DNA of 62,740 nucleotides, filler included, from Basidiobolus ranarum (lineage: Eukaryota): the NCBI GenBank assembly GCA_040143965.1. It is 42 parts of 42 records of this genome, joined end to end, with 100 filler letters (N's around TTAATTAATTAA, not from the genome) between each part and the next. Parts side by side here need not be neighbours in the genome. Positions count along the whole stretch, not along the records: positions 1 to 1,403 come from JASJQH010005289.1; positions 1,504 to 2,906 come from JASJQH010005290.1; positions 3,007 to 4,409 come from JASJQH010005291.1; positions 4,510 to 5,911 come from JASJQH010005292.1; positions 6,012 to 7,413 come from JASJQH010005293.1; positions 7,514 to 8,915 come from JASJQH010005294.1; positions 9,016 to 10,417 come from JASJQH010005295.1; positions 10,518 to 11,918 come from JASJQH010005296.1; 34 more parts are not named here. One strand, given 5' to 3'. The notes under the pieces are model-generated. The model was not told where the DNA came from. It was given only the letters and a program-made list of their open reading frames with translations, and did not search any database. The stretch's first letter is position 1. Each line of letters starts with the position of its first letter. Positions 1 to 12,794 of this stretch are shown in pieces. The position numbers and the translations under genes were made by a program.

Positions 1-1403
1 ATTCCACCAACATTCACACTCCCCAGCAGCCACTCCAATCTTACTTGTTAAGAAAACTGATGGATCCCTCTGTCTCTGTGTTGACTATCAAGGCCTAAAC
101 AGAATTACAGTCAAAAATTGGTACCCCTTGCCAATAATCAACTCACTCTTGGATCAGCTTACTTCAGCCAAGGTGTTTACTAAAATTGATCTAAGAGATG
201 CTTACAATCTTGTAAGAATCAAGCCAGGAGACCAATGGAAAACTGCCTATCAAACTTGCTATGAACACTTTGAATACAATGTCATGCCGTTTGGACTTAC
301 CAATGCCCCTACAGTCTTTCAACACATGATGAATGATATATTCAGAGAGTATGTTGACCAATTTGTGGTATTCTGCATTGACAATATCTTGGTCTTCTCA
401 CCCTCTCAAGAAGAACATAATATTCTTGTTTCCCAAGTCCTAGAAAAGGTGAAAACCTCTAGGCTCTATGCCAACCTTAGAAATGTGAATTTGATCAAGC
501 TCAAGTTAAATTCCTTGGATATAACATCAGCCATCAGGCATCTCTATGGACCCTAAGAAAGTTGAATCTGTTCTGTCTTGGGATATTCCAAAGAATGTGA
601 AGGATGGCCAATCTTTCCTTGGATTTGCAAACTTTTACCATTAGTTTGTCAAGAACTACTCCAAAATATCTGCTCCATTAAAAAACCTTACAAAGAAAGA
701 ACTCCAATTTGACTGGAACCCATCTGGCCAACAAGCATTTATAACTTCAAATGATGCTTTTACCTTAGCACCAATCCTGGCATATTCCATGCTAGACAAG
801 CAATTTATTATTGAAACTGATGAATCCAACTTTGCTCTAAGAGCAGTAATATCACAGTTTGATGATGACAGCTTACTGCACCCTGTTGCCTTTTACTCAA
901 GAAAGTTCTCTGCCACAAAAATCAACTATGACATCTATGACAAGGAACTATGAGCAATTATTGTTGCATTTGAACAATGGCAACAACACTTAGATGGAGC
1001 AAATTACAAAATCACAGTTTATTGTGAACACAAGAATCTTCAGTATTTTAGTACAACCAAAGTTCTTAACCATTGTCAAGCAAAATGGTCATTATTTCTT
1101 GCCAGTTTTGATTTTCTGATTACATATCAACCAGGTAGTCAGCAAGGAAAGCCTGATACCTAATCACATACAGCAGAATAGCAGCCTAAAGAAGGGGATG
1201 AGGCCTTTGGCCAACAAAATACTTCCTTACTGAAGCCCAACCAACTTCAAATTAGTGCAACTGCCCTTTCTCTGCCTAGTTCAAGCACATTCCATGAAGA
1301 CATCTGCAAACTTCAAATTGAAGACCCTTTGGTAATATCAAACAAGAAAGCCCAGGAAACACCCAAAGACCTCTCAAGCTTGAACCTGTACTGCCATTTC
1401 TCT
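1..1403 (+). mobile_element. Ty3/Gypsy pol fragment (reverse transcriptase-RNase H), degenerate
   Basis: RT motifs (C)[35 protein letters not shown], decayed YxDD (FCIDNI); RNase H motifs IETDES, PVAFYSRK, NYDIYDKEL; multiple stops and frameshifts. Confidence 0.95.
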
Positions 1404-1503
1404 NNNNNNNNNNNNNNNNNNNNNNNNNNNNNNNNNNNNNNNNNNNNTTAATTAATTAANNNNNNNNNNNNNNNNNNNNNNNNNNNNNNNNNNNNNNNNN
1501 NNN
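1404..1503. other. Artificial contig linker N44-TTAATTAATTAA-N44 (first of 41, one every ~1.5 kb)
   Basis: Identical 100-nt spacer with stop codons in all six frames; contig lengths fall from 1403 to ~1389. Confidence 0.99.
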
Positions 1504-1611
1504 AAGTGATATTTGACTAAGTAATGTTAACTAACTTATATGTGATATATGAAATAGTTAGGTGTATAAAGATAGAGATAACAAATATGATAAAGACAAT
1601 AAACTTCAACA
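1504..1611 (-). repeat. Copia LTR family A, 5' part, inserted in CACTA transposase
   Basis: Matches 13061-13168 and 45870-45975; begins TGTTGAAG on the minus strand. Confidence 0.85.
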
Positions 1612-2131
1612 ATTCTCATTGTGAATGGTAACAAGAGTCAGCTATTTGCCAAGTGTCAATGCTATTCAAAATTTCAGATGTTTAGCAATTTTTCCACCAT
1701 TAGTTTGCTGGTAAACCATATTGATGTTGTTGAGTTATGTCTAATCAGTCAAGTATGTGCACATGGAGAGACTGAACACAACAAAATTCTTGTATTTTTT
1801 GATTCTCCTTATGGCTGGAATGCAAAGCCTAAAATATTTAAATATAGGCATGCATAGTAATTCAAATTCCTACAGCAATAAACCCAGTCATTTGCCATTC
1901 AAAAATTTTATTTTAGCAAAAATTGCTGGATATTGAATAATGCATGCCAAATTTGAGGTTTAATATTTCAACATGTATGAATACTGTCAAAATACTGTCA
2001 AGAAACCACCATCACACCATCAAAATCCCTGGCAGAATGCAAGCCACCAATATTGTGATGGTTCTCTGACAGTTTTGCTATTTTGGAAAGTGGATATGAT
2101 TCTGTTCAAATCAATTTTATTTTTGTTAGGG
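1612..2131 (+). mobile_element. CACTA/CMC element 3' end with right TIR (...TTTTTGTTAGGG)
   Basis: Transposase C-terminus (NGNKSQLFAKCQCYSKFQ...KPKI) followed by the conserved terminus shared with 28098, 36960, 14238, 33850. Confidence 0.9.
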
Positions 2132-2906
2132 TATACCTGATTGAGTAGACTCCATTTATTTGACAAAATCAACATCCAGATAGTGCATTGTGCCTGTGAC
2201 AACCTCAAAGTTTACTGATGGCAGTAGTGGCACCAATACATACAATGTTATTAGCTTTAATAAAATATTCACCTGTCTAAACACCATTACTCTATCAGAA
2301 ATAAGATCAATTTGATCCCAATTGGATCCACCCTTCTGAAACACAATACCATCAGAGAGCCATCATCATATTGGTGGCTTGCATTCTGCCAGGGATTTTG
2401 ATGGTGTGTCGGTGGTTTCTTGATGGTATCATGATGGTATTCATAGATGTCAAAATATTGATCCTCATATATGGCATGCATTATGAATTTCTGGCTATTT
2501 TTGCAAAATATAATTTTTAAATGGTAAATTACTGGGTTTACTGTTGATGGAATTTGTATTAATATGCATGCCTTTATTTAAATATTTTTGGCTTTGTGTT
2601 CCACTCATAATGATAATAAAAAAATCAAGAATTTTGTGGTGTTTAGTCTCTACAAATGCATGTACTTGACTGATCAGACATAACCCAACAACAACAATAT
2701 GCATTACAGCAAAGTAACTGTGGAAAAAACACTAAACATCTGAAATTTCAAATAGCACCCACACTTGGCAAATAGCTGACTCTTGTTACCATTTGCAATG
2801 AGAAAAAGCTCTTGGATTTTGGCAAATTTCCATAAAGAATTTAGCCAATATATCCCCTACTTACAGTCAACAAATGTCCTGCCACAGGAAGATGTGTCAC
2901 TGCTTG
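2132..2906 (-). mobile_element. CACTA fragments (transposase core and 3' region), host of the nested copy at 1612-2131
   Basis: Reverse-complement match to 49650-49800 and to the family 3' region. Confidence 0.85.
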
Positions 2907-4509
2907 NNNNNNNNNNNNNNNNNNNNNNNNNNNNNNNNNNNNNNNNNNNNTTAATTAATTAANNNNNNNNNNNNNNNNNNNNNNNNNNNNNNNNNNNNNN
3001 NNNNNNTTCTCTACAGATGTCCCGCCCTTCCTTAATATTTCACTGAGCTTGACATCTAATTACGATCCTATCCTTTACTCTAACAATTACTCTCATGCTT
3101 CATCGCTTGTAAATACTTCACTACTCTCGAAAACGGGAACTTTTTGATGAATCTTTGAATATTCTGTATGCAAGCCAATATTCAGTTCAAAATGATGGCA
3201 AAACTAATATTTCCTGTACATTGTATCACTTTTCGCTAACAAGTCAAACTTCTACAAATATAATTGCTAATAACATGAGTACAGCCTAACATGGTCATTT
3301 AATGAGACTGTTTTGATAAATTGGTCTATGCACGATAAACCAATCTTCTTCACTATTGTTTGTAGCTGCTTGAACGGCGTTGGAACCATCAACTCCCTCC
3401 TTACCTAAGCCAAAGTCGAATATCGTAGAAGAGATGCAATTCTCATATTCACCTCCCTACTTTTTTCTTATCTTCTCCTCTTGCTGCCATCGTCAATAGT
3501 AGGATGCCAGAGTGGGTTCATTTCACAAAGGAAATCATTGTTCGATGTACAATCTCACAGTATACACAGTTGAGCATTTACAATGGCTGATTCTGAGTTT
3601 TGTGTAAATATATGCTCTCAGTAGCTTCATTATAGAGGGGTGTATGCAGAGCTTAAATCTTTAGCAAGCAAGGTATTTATTTCATTTTAATCCAAGTGCT
3701 CAAAAACCACTGTATGTTTCAAAAACCAAATTATATAGGTTTTGCTAGAAATGCTTGTATGTTCTAGTCATCAAGGAAAGCAATGATACCATCATTCTGA
3801 TATATTTGATTTCGCTTGCCCACTGGTCAAAAATTGAGAGCTACTTCCATTTTGAGTATTCATTCTGAACAATGATGCATCTAAAATACACTATTTGTAC
3901 CAGTATTTCAGTCAATATGAAAGGGGATGCTTGAAAGCTGGAGATGATGATTCAGTCTTTGTTCTTCCTTCCTCTTTTGCTTAGTAATACCTGATGTCTC
4001 TGCTTGAACACAAAGGTCTTTTTCATTATCACTCTACTGGATAACAGGCCTTCATATCAGTTGTGAAGCCAGGAATAGGCGAAATAAAACATCATGTAGT
4101 AAGCAAGTTAATCCAATAAAGTAAATATTTTCCTTCTTTGTGTTAGCAACAAGCTTTATTTTCATATCTAATATGAGTAGTTTAACTTGTTCCCATGTTT
4201 CAACCAATCAGCAAGAGGATTGATAGAAGTGTAGTTATCCCGTGTCTAGTTATTAACCTTTCCCTAAGTGTTAGTAATCAAATTTTGATGATTTGGGTTA
4301 CATGTATGCTTTACATCAACAACATTGGATTAACTAAGTGATAACCACCTTGTATTTACTTGTGAATGATGATGGTGTGGTGAGCAAGTCATAATAACAT
4401 GGCCGCATTNNNNNNNNNNNNNNNNNNNNNNNNNNNNNNNNNNNNNNNNNNNNTTAATTAATTAANNNNNNNNNNNNNNNNNNNNNNNNNNNNNNNNNNN
4501 NNNNNNNNN

Positions 4510-5911
4510 CCATTTTGGAAGTTGATGGTCTTGACAGTGTTTTGGTTGAACTTTGCTCAACTATTGATTTACTACTTAATTGGGGGATTACAATCTCTTC
4601 ACTGGCACTTTTGCTGGAAAGGAACACATCCGGTACATTGATTAAGGCTTCATCATTACTTGAGTTTGTGTCCTTTCATGCCAGCAGGCTTTGGCTTGGA
4701 AACCAATTTTGGCTTAGATTTTAAATGCTTTTTGAATAGCATTGAAATTTTCAGATGGTAAACTTTGTGTAATGAAATTGCCTAGAATCAGCTTATAATA
4801 AACCAAAATTTCCATCCATTACAGAAAATATCTTGTGAATCCCCCAATGACTCATCTGTGATACCATTTCAGAATCAGCTGATGATATTGAAGGGCTATA
4901 CCTAAAATACCACCCTTACATGGGGGGTGTTCTTTCTTCTACAATATGCTTCTCATGCCGCAACACAAACATGTAAAGAAGCCTTGCAATTATTGTCACA
5001 AATTCTTGTGCTATGAAAGCTGGAGGCTTTATAGAAAAAATAATCACAGGCACAGTCACTGTACAAAGCAACCAGCTGCACAAAGCCTGGTGTATAAAAA
5101 CAGTGATAAGTTCAGATGGGTGAAAATTTTATTAAAGCTAATATCATTGCATGTATTGGTGACCCTCCTGCCACCAGTAAACTTTGAGGTTTTTGTGGGC
5201 ACAATGCACTATCTTGATGTAGATTTTGTCAAATCAATGGAGTTTACTCTATCAGGCATACACATTACTACTATCCAATTACAACATTAAACTCCATGAT
5301 TTTACCATCAAGAGCCCAGTCACATTTCAAAATGATCACTGATATCAATTCACCAAATAATCAGTCTAACATCAAACTTGGTATTAGCCATAAGCCTAAG
5401 ATTATATGGCCAAAGGGGATCAGCTGGAGCCATAGCTTCCCATTAGGCACTATGCTCTTACAATTCAACAACATTCTGATACTACTTACTGAGCTATATA
5501 GTGGAAAGTTCAATTGGAATGAGCCATTTGAGATTGGATCAAAGCTTGAATTGATTGGGAAACTGCTTGAAAATGTCAAGGCATTATCATATTTCACCAG
5601 TACTCCCATCATTATCCACTCATCAAGGTGTTTATTCAAATGCAAAGACTGGAAATAATGGATTTGTATACATTCAAGTGGAATTTTGAAAAGATTTCTG
5701 CCTCATAAGTATTGGCAATATTGGGAGTTGTTTGTAGATATTGTTAATACATTCTTACGGCATCAACTCACATTGGCAGATCTTAGGCAGATACAGCAAC
5801 TGTGCAAAGATTTTGTAATTAGATATGAAAAACTTTATTACAGGTTTAAAGAAGATAGACTGAATCTATGCCAGTATTCAATACATTCCCTGCTGCATCT
5901 TTAACAATGCT
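4510..5911 (+). mobile_element. CACTA central region: ORF2 start (minus, ATG 4742) and transposase (plus, ATG 4955) with an internal deletion at ~5110
   Basis: Matches 58670-59350, then jumps to the core transposase sequence matching 49648-50450. Confidence 0.88.
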
Positions 5912-6011
5912 NNNNNNNNNNNNNNNNNNNNNNNNNNNNNNNNNNNNNNNNNNNNTTAATTAATTAANNNNNNNNNNNNNNNNNNNNNNNNNNNNNNNNN
6001 NNNNNNNNNNN

Positions 6012-7413
6012 CTTGAGAGACTATTCAAGACTAAAAGCGTGGCTAACAGGCAATATCTTAGGTGAAAACTATTCTCAATTCAGATGGATACCAATGATTG
6101 TAGGCTCAAGCATATAAGTCAGATAAAAACTATGGCATAGCAGCTCTTGTCCATTGGAGCATCTCTAAAGGAAGATGACCCTGTCATGACACTACTTGGG
6201 AGCCTGCCAGATGAGTTTGGGAACCTCATAATTGACCTTGAATCAACATCAGAGCCATCAACAATGGAATATGCTGGTGCTGTGCTTTGAATGAAGAATT
6301 AAGGAGATCTAATTCTCAGCAAAATCATGCAGAACAGGTAATTTTTGGAGCTGTCAAACATCCAACAGGCTTCAATAATGGAGCCTCTAATAGGAAATCA
6401 GTCATCTGCAAGTATTGCAAGAAACTAGGCCATATTATCAAAGATTGCAGAAAAAGGATTTTTGCTGAAAAGCTTAAATTGGAACAAGAAAATCAAGTAA
6501 GCACTGACAGATATCATCTAATTGTGTCTGCCATATTAGTAACCACTAAAGAAGACTCAGGAAGGTGGTATTTTGATTTTGGAGCTCCCCAGCATTTGTC
6601 AAACAGGAAAGATTGGTTTTCAAACTTATAACCAATAAAAACAAGGAAAGTCTAGTTAGGTAAGGACTATGCACTAGTTGCAGCTTGTAAAGACACAATT
6701 GTACTCAATTTAGACCAAATTTCAGCTACCCCATCTGCAAAATTGGATGATGTTCTCTATGTAGCAACTAAAGCCAAGTATCTACTCTCAGTGCCCCCAG
6801 AAACAACCCAAGGACTAAATTTTATGTTCAGTAAGGGTGGATGAGCTATCACATATCATAATAATACCAAATCATCTACTGGGATCAAAATTTAAAACTT
6901 ATAACAGCTAGAAATCAACTAATTGCCTTCTGAGCAGGCAAACTTTGCCAAAACCAGTGAAAAAAGCTGTCAAATGTGGCATAGAAGAATAGGCCACATT
7001 AGGGAACAAATACTGACCCAAATGATTCAAAATCTGCTTGTTCCCTGCTTAGAAATTGGAAAAATCACTAAATTGATTCTGTGTGAAGGTTGCATATATG
7101 AAAAGCCTCACAGACAGCCATTTACAAGCTCTGGAGCATTCAAATCCACTCAGAATCTTTCCCTGATTTATTCTGACCTATGTGGCTGAATGAAAAATGT
7201 CTCACTAGGTGGGAAAAGATACTTTATGACCTTTATTGATGACTAAACATGATATACTTGGTTATTCTTTCTTGAATCAAAATCTGAAGCCTTGGCTACT
7301 TTCCAGCACTACAAAGCAATGGTAGAGCAAGAATCAGCACAAAAAATAAGGGTACTCAGGAGTGATAATAGTGGAGAATACTGCTCAAAAGACTTTGCTT
7401 GTTTTGTTCTAAC
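6012..7413 (+). mobile_element. Ty1/Copia gag-protease-integrase, degenerate
   Basis: Zinc knuckle CKYCKKLGHIIKDC, protease WYFDFGA, WHRRIGH...CEGC, YSDLCG, LRSDNSGEY. Confidence 0.93.
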
Positions 7414-7619
7414 NNNNNNNNNNNNNNNNNNNNNNNNNNNNNNNNNNNNNNNNNNNNTTAATTAATTAANNNNNNNNNNNNNNNNNNNNNNNNNNNNNNN
7501 NNNNNNNNNNNNNCCACCAGTTTTTTCTTACTGAAAATAAGCGAAACCCCGTGGTAATGCCTCCAAACTTCTTTCAAAACACACCTAACTGCTTATGGGT
7601 GTGTTGCAAAGTATTTTAC

Positions 7620-7996
7620 TGTATGGCCTCAATCAAAGTTAGGCAAAGTAGTCAAAATCTTGATTAATTCTCAATACATCCATACTCAAAGATATCCATT
7701 GAGAGTTCTAGACTTAAGACACTTTGAATAAAGCTTTCATTATCTTTTGAATATGCAATAATGTCTAAAAGTACTTTTCTTAAACATACCACAGAAGTAA
7801 AATAAACTGTTTCCAAAGTGGTAAATAACAAAGTAGGCTAAATCTTGATTAATTCTCAATATATTCATACTCATAGAGTTCCATTAAGCGCTCCAGGCTG
7901 GAGACACTATGAATCAAGCTAGTGCCCAATTGTGCCAATTTGAGCTGGCTCACTTATTAGCTGGCCTGATTTAGCTCAATAAAATGAAACAAGTCT
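7620..7996 (+). mobile_element. PIF/Harbinger-ISL2EU-type element 3' end with TIR
   Basis: Matches 55785-56081; ends ATGAAACAAGTCT followed by ATT. Confidence 0.85.
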
Positions 7997-8478
7997 ATTC
8001 AAAATAAGCATGTTTCATGCTTATAAGTTGATACTATATCCAAACTGGATCTTTGTGAAGAATGCAAACATGGAAATGCCACAGACTGCCATTTTCAAGC
8101 TCTGCAGAGATCAAATCCCCTCAGAATTATGCACTAATACATACTGATCTAGGTGTACCTTTTGGAAATGTCTCAATTGGTGTCAAAAGGTCCTCAACAT
8201 CTATACTTATGACAAAACTGGATATACTTGGGGATTCTTACTCAAATTAAAGTATGAAGCCTTTGCTGCATTCAAGCACTACAAGGCAATGGTGGAGGAA
8301 GAATCAGCATCAAAAATAAGAGTTTTGGCCTTTGCTACTTGCTGCTACAAACATGGAAATAAGCAACAAACTACTATGTCTGATAATCCATAGCAAAATG
8401 GAGTATCACAATGTGCTAACAAGACCATTGTGGAAATCTCAGGATCAATGTTACATGCTCAAAAGTTAGATTACTAAA
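7997..8478 (+). mobile_element. Ty1/Copia integrase fragment, degenerate
   Basis: IHTDL, QNGVSQCANKTIVE..RSML-like motifs; related to 7080-7400. Confidence 0.8.
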
Positions 8479-8915
8479 CCCTAACAGAAATTTGAGGATT
8501 GTTATTGTAGGAAAACCATCCCAATTTTAATCCATTTGGGATTGATCACTTACTTAATGTCATAATTTCATCAAGTTAGATTTGATTGTAGTCAATTTTT
8601 TCAGTTTCCAGAGTGAAATTTCAGGATCTTGCAAAATAGCTGCACATGGTTGACTGCAATCTCAGAGAACTCTGGGTCAACACATGTGCAAAAAACATAA
8701 CTCAAATTTTACAAATTTACTACTTAAATGCCAATTTGTCACCTTTGAAATCCCTAGTATCATTGATATATTCACTTGATTATTTTTATAGAGTTGTTGA
8801 TACCCAAGGTTTAGCTCATTTCCAACACAAGTTTGTATCTATATCCCCATCACATCCCAGCTTTGTATTAATGGTGCTGAATGATCATTATTTGTATTTT
8901 CTGGCTGTTATCCTC
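8479..8915 (+). mobile_element. CACTA left end with TIR (CCCTAACAGAAATTTGAGG)
   Basis: Same start as 15605, 37281, 39621, 61005; reverse-complement similarity to the right end CCCTAACAAAAAT. Confidence 0.9.
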
Positions 8916-9015
8916 NNNNNNNNNNNNNNNNNNNNNNNNNNNNNNNNNNNNNNNNNNNNTTAATTAATTAANNNNNNNNNNNNNNNNNNNNNNNNNNNNN
9001 NNNNNNNNNNNNNNN

Positions 9016-9518
9016 AAGATATGTAGTATTATTATTTTAGCCATGGGGTAATCTATTCAAGCAATGACACATCTACTTGAGGCAGGACATTTGTTGACTG
9101 CAAGTTGGGGATGTATTGGCTGAATTCTTTACAGAAATTTGCCAAAATCCAGGAGCTTATTGTCATTGTGAATGGTAACACAAATCAGCTATTTGCACAG
9201 TCTCAGTGCTATTCCAAATTTCAGATGTCTAGCAATTTTTCCACTGTTAGTTTGCTGGTAAAGCATTTTAATGTTGTTGAGTTATGTCTAATCAGTCAAG
9301 TATGTGCATATGTAGTGACTAAACACAACAAGATTCTTACATTTTTTGATTTGTATTATGGCTGGAATACAAAGCCTAAAATATCTAAATAAAGGCATAC
9401 ATATTGATTTGAATTCCTACAGCAGTAAATGCAGTAATTTGCCATTCAAAATTATGTTTTTTCAAAAATTGCCAGATATTCAATAATGCATGCCAAATTT
9501 GAGGATCAATGTTCTAAC
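9016..9518 (+). mobile_element. CACTA transposase 3' region (truncated)
   Basis: ORF 9105-9392 matches the family C-terminus. Confidence 0.87.
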
Positions 9519-10268
9519 AAGATTATCAATCTGATCAAATCAAAGAAGTTAAGTGGATTTTCAGATATTTGAAACCTACTGCAGATCTATACTTAAAATA
9601 TGCATATTGTGGATCAAACTTTGATTGGATGGGATATTCAGATGCAAATTGGGGAAGAGATATTGAAGACACAAGATCTACAACAGGATTCTTATTTCTT
9701 TGCTGTAATGGAGCTATTTCTTGGAACTCAAAGAAACAATCTACCATAGGACTTTCAACAACAGAAGATTAATATATGGCCACCTGTGAAGCAACAAAAG
9801 AAGCAATAAGGTTAAGAAAGCTCTTAACAGATTTAGTTTATTCTTAAAATTCACCAATTCCAATATTTGAAGATAATCCAAGTGGTATGAAATTAGCTAA
9901 AAATTTATTTGAGGGAGAGTGTTGAAATTAGCATTGCCTAAACACCTATATAATCATAGATAACTTAGTACTTAGTTATCTTATAACTCACTAAGATATT
10001 TTCCAGCATTCTCAATTGGAATTTACTTAGAAGATATTTAGCAACTTAGAAGTTCTCAGATATATAGATTTTTTGAACTTGTGCTCTGAAGCCCCAAACT
10101 TTGCACACATGCTCCTGGGACCTTCCTTAGCACACTCTACATGTTAGTTTGTTTACATCTTGACAAAACTATAAATGTCAACTTTGTACTCAATAAATCA
10201 GTGAGTGAAAAACACCAATTCCTCTAATTCTCCAAACCACTTCTAACAGGCTCCCAAATACTTTAACA
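9519..10268 (+). mobile_element. Ty1/Copia RT end/RNase H (truncated), polypurine tract 9911-9919 and 3' LTR family B 9920-10268
   Basis: GYSDANWG..D.RSTTG, ISWNSKKQ; GAGGGAGAG immediately before TGTTGAAATTAGC...CTTTAACA. Confidence 0.9.
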
Positions 10269-11252
10269 AAATGATCAAAAATTACCTAATTCTGGAATTC
10301 AAATTAACCCCCCAACCAAAATGGAAATTTGTGAGGAATGTATATATGGAAAACAAGCCAGGCAACCATTCAAGAGCTCTGGTTTAATCAAATCTGTCAA
10401 AAAATTGGATTTAATTCNNNNNNNNNNNNNNNNNNNNNNNNNNNNNNNNNNNNNNNNNNNNTTAATTAATTAANNNNNNNNNNNNNNNNNNNNNNNNNNN
10501 NNNNNNNNNNNNNNNNNCAGGTCAATTTACTCTATGAATAGTATCTAGCACACGTAATTCATGTTTGGAGTTAAAGTGAAATAAAGGCTGTAACCCTCTT
10601 TGCATATGTTACTCCATCATTTCAGATGGAATAGGTCGATCCGACTTTTCAATAGATTGTGTGCGGAGTTCTCAGTTTTGAAAAACCGGTAAAAAACAGT
10701 CAGGGTATATATATAGTATTATTACGCTCTTAACTTGGGTAATGTCTCTGCCCCTCTACTACAAATGGAGATGGAGTTACTTTCGTGCAACAAACAAGTA
10801 CAAGATATGTGGTACACGCTTAGGAGATTAACGTGAGCGATTTTTATAATTCTCAAGTTTCAGATCAGCGTGAGCAATTTTTATATTTCTAGAATCTCTA
10901 TTTGAACCATTTATTCGCGGCGAGATTTAAGCCAAAGGTAGTAATTGTTCATCAACGTACCATATGGCAGAAGGAATGTTTAGATGATAGAGTGTTGGTT
11001 ATATTTGACAAAATAAGTGAATACGTTAAACACTACATAGCCAATATTAACATTGAGTTGATAACATAACTGACATTGTATGCCGTCTTCGTAAATTGGG
11101 ATGATATCCATTTAGTTGCGAAGGTGTATCTTTAACGGGGTTTCTATTATACTTTCTGTAATTCCTTTAACAGTTTCACCCTGATAAAATCCAGTTAAAT
11201 CTTTTTTATTTATGAGTGTCATTTTGAGGTTAAAAAAGACCGTCAAACCAGG

Positions 11253-11918
11253 TTAACAAGCCCCTATATCGACCCAAGCACTGCTAGTGTCGGGAGCCTG
11301 GCTCTGTGTCCACCATTGAGCCTTCCATAAGTGGCCCTTGTAGGTAACCTTTTGCGACTCGAAATATGCGGTTTGAGTATTCCAAGCCGCGACTCCATTG
11401 CAATTACCAGGATTTGGGCTAGATGTGGGTGTGGTACTTGCAGTAGTAGCGGTCGAAGGGATAGTTGTACTAGTAGGCTTAGAAGTGCCTGTTGGAGCAG
11501 AGGTTGTAGTAGGAGTAACATCCTTCCCGGGTCGGATTGTTATGGTTGGTCGTGCAGCCAGCAAGTCTCGACCATCATTGGGACCATTATTTGGGAATTC
11601 AGGGATGGTAGAATAACCCGGGAGATTAGCAACTAAAAGCTTTGGACCGGTTATATAACCATCGGTAGATCCTTGGATCTCAATATCAGCACAATTCATG
11701 TAATATTCCCGATTTCCAATCTTATTAATCCATGTCCAAGCAAAGATTACATTCTTACTGGAGCCAGCAGTACTTGGGATAGATACCGTATAATCCAATC
11801 CAGAAACAATACAGTTACTATATATTGTGTCTAAAACCGCGAATGTTTGACCAGCATCATACGAGATTGCAAATTGACAATGACCTCCACTATGAGTAGC
11901 TACTCCACTAAGTTTAAC
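11253..11918 (-). CDS. AA11-like lytic polysaccharide monooxygenase with Thr/Pro linker and C-terminal CBM5/12 chitin-binding module (5' truncated)
   Basis: Open frame to the contig edge: ATHSGGHCQFAISYD...FAWTWINKIGNREYYMNCADI; C-terminus AWNTQTAY...VTYKGHLWKAQWWTQ...W. Confidence 0.85.
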   Translation of the reverse strand, partial: VKLSGVATHSGGHCQFAISYDAGQTFAVLDTIYSNCIVSGLDYTVSIPSTAGSSKNVIFAWTWINKIGNREYYMNCADIEIQGSTDGYITGPKLLVANLPGYSTIPEFPNNGPNDGRDLLAARPTITIRPGKDVTPTTTSAPTGTSKPTSTTIPSTATTASTTPTSSPNPGNCNGVAAWNTQTAYFESQKVTYKGHLWKAQWWTQSQAPDTSSAWVDIGAC

Positions 11919-12018
11919 NNNNNNNNNNNNNNNNNNNNNNNNNNNNNNNNNNNNNNNNNNNNTTAATTAATTAANNNNNNNNNNNNNNNNNNNNNNNNNN
12001 NNNNNNNNNNNNNNNNNN

Positions 12019-12794
12019 CTCATTTTTGTTGTAATTTCTTGATTTGCAATCTTTTACATGGTGTCCTGGTTTGTTACAACCATAACATGAACCTTGTGTC
12101 CTTCTTTTGTAACCTTTGTACTTGCCAAAGCTACATTTTCTAGCTCCAAAAAGAGCCACTTCCTCAGATTCTTTTTCCCAAATTTTTACTCCTGAGGTGT
12201 TGATCCATTAGCCTTGCTACCACAAACTCCAAAGACAAGTTGTCAGATCTTGCTTCCAAAGCAGTGACTAAGTTTGAATACTGTTCTGGTAGACTAATTA
12301 GAAGAGTCATAATGACATCTTCTTCCTATAGAGTTGCATCAATATTTTCCAGTTGTTTTGCCAAAGATCTCACATTTGCAATATGAGTAACCATGCTGTC
12401 AGACTTTTCCATCTTAATATCAAAGAATTTTTGCATGAGAGAGAGTCTATTAGCAAGACTCTTTGCTTCATAATACTCTTCCAATATAGTCAAATCTTGA
12501 TAGGAAGTCTTTGCATATTAAATATTCACAAGTTATGAATCCTTCAAACTTTGACAAATATCTTTAAAGCTATTCTTGTCTCTTTTCTTGTAAGCTTACA
12601 ATAAAGCAGGATCAGAAGGATCCTTTTTATCTCCAGAGACTCCATCCCAAAGCTCCCTGTCTTCCATCATCATTTGCATTTTGAACTTCCAGAAATAGTA
12701 ACTTTCTTCATCAAGATTTCAACACTTGAGTTAATAAAAGTGGTAGTAGTGATTTCTGTCATGCCGTAAAGGTTAGAATACAGGGCTCATAACC
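12019..12794 (-). mobile_element. Ty1/Copia gag with primer-binding site GGTTATGAGCCC (12783-12794)
   Basis: gag ATG 12762, WKFKMQMMMED, zinc knuckle CYGCNKPGHHVKDC; same family as 52416-53805. Confidence 0.92.

Noticed and set aside
3007-4409. Possible gene in a CpG-retaining, non-repetitive contig (short open stretch ~3340-3450 on minus)
   Set aside because: No recognisable motif or convincing exon structure.
11264-11636. Alternative-frame and antisense ORFs over real genes (also 19536-20293, 24677-24886, 32448-32645, 41987-42322, 46916-47405)
   Set aside because: Shadows of the coding strand of the LPMO, deacetylase, LysM, CsbD, PCK and POT genes.
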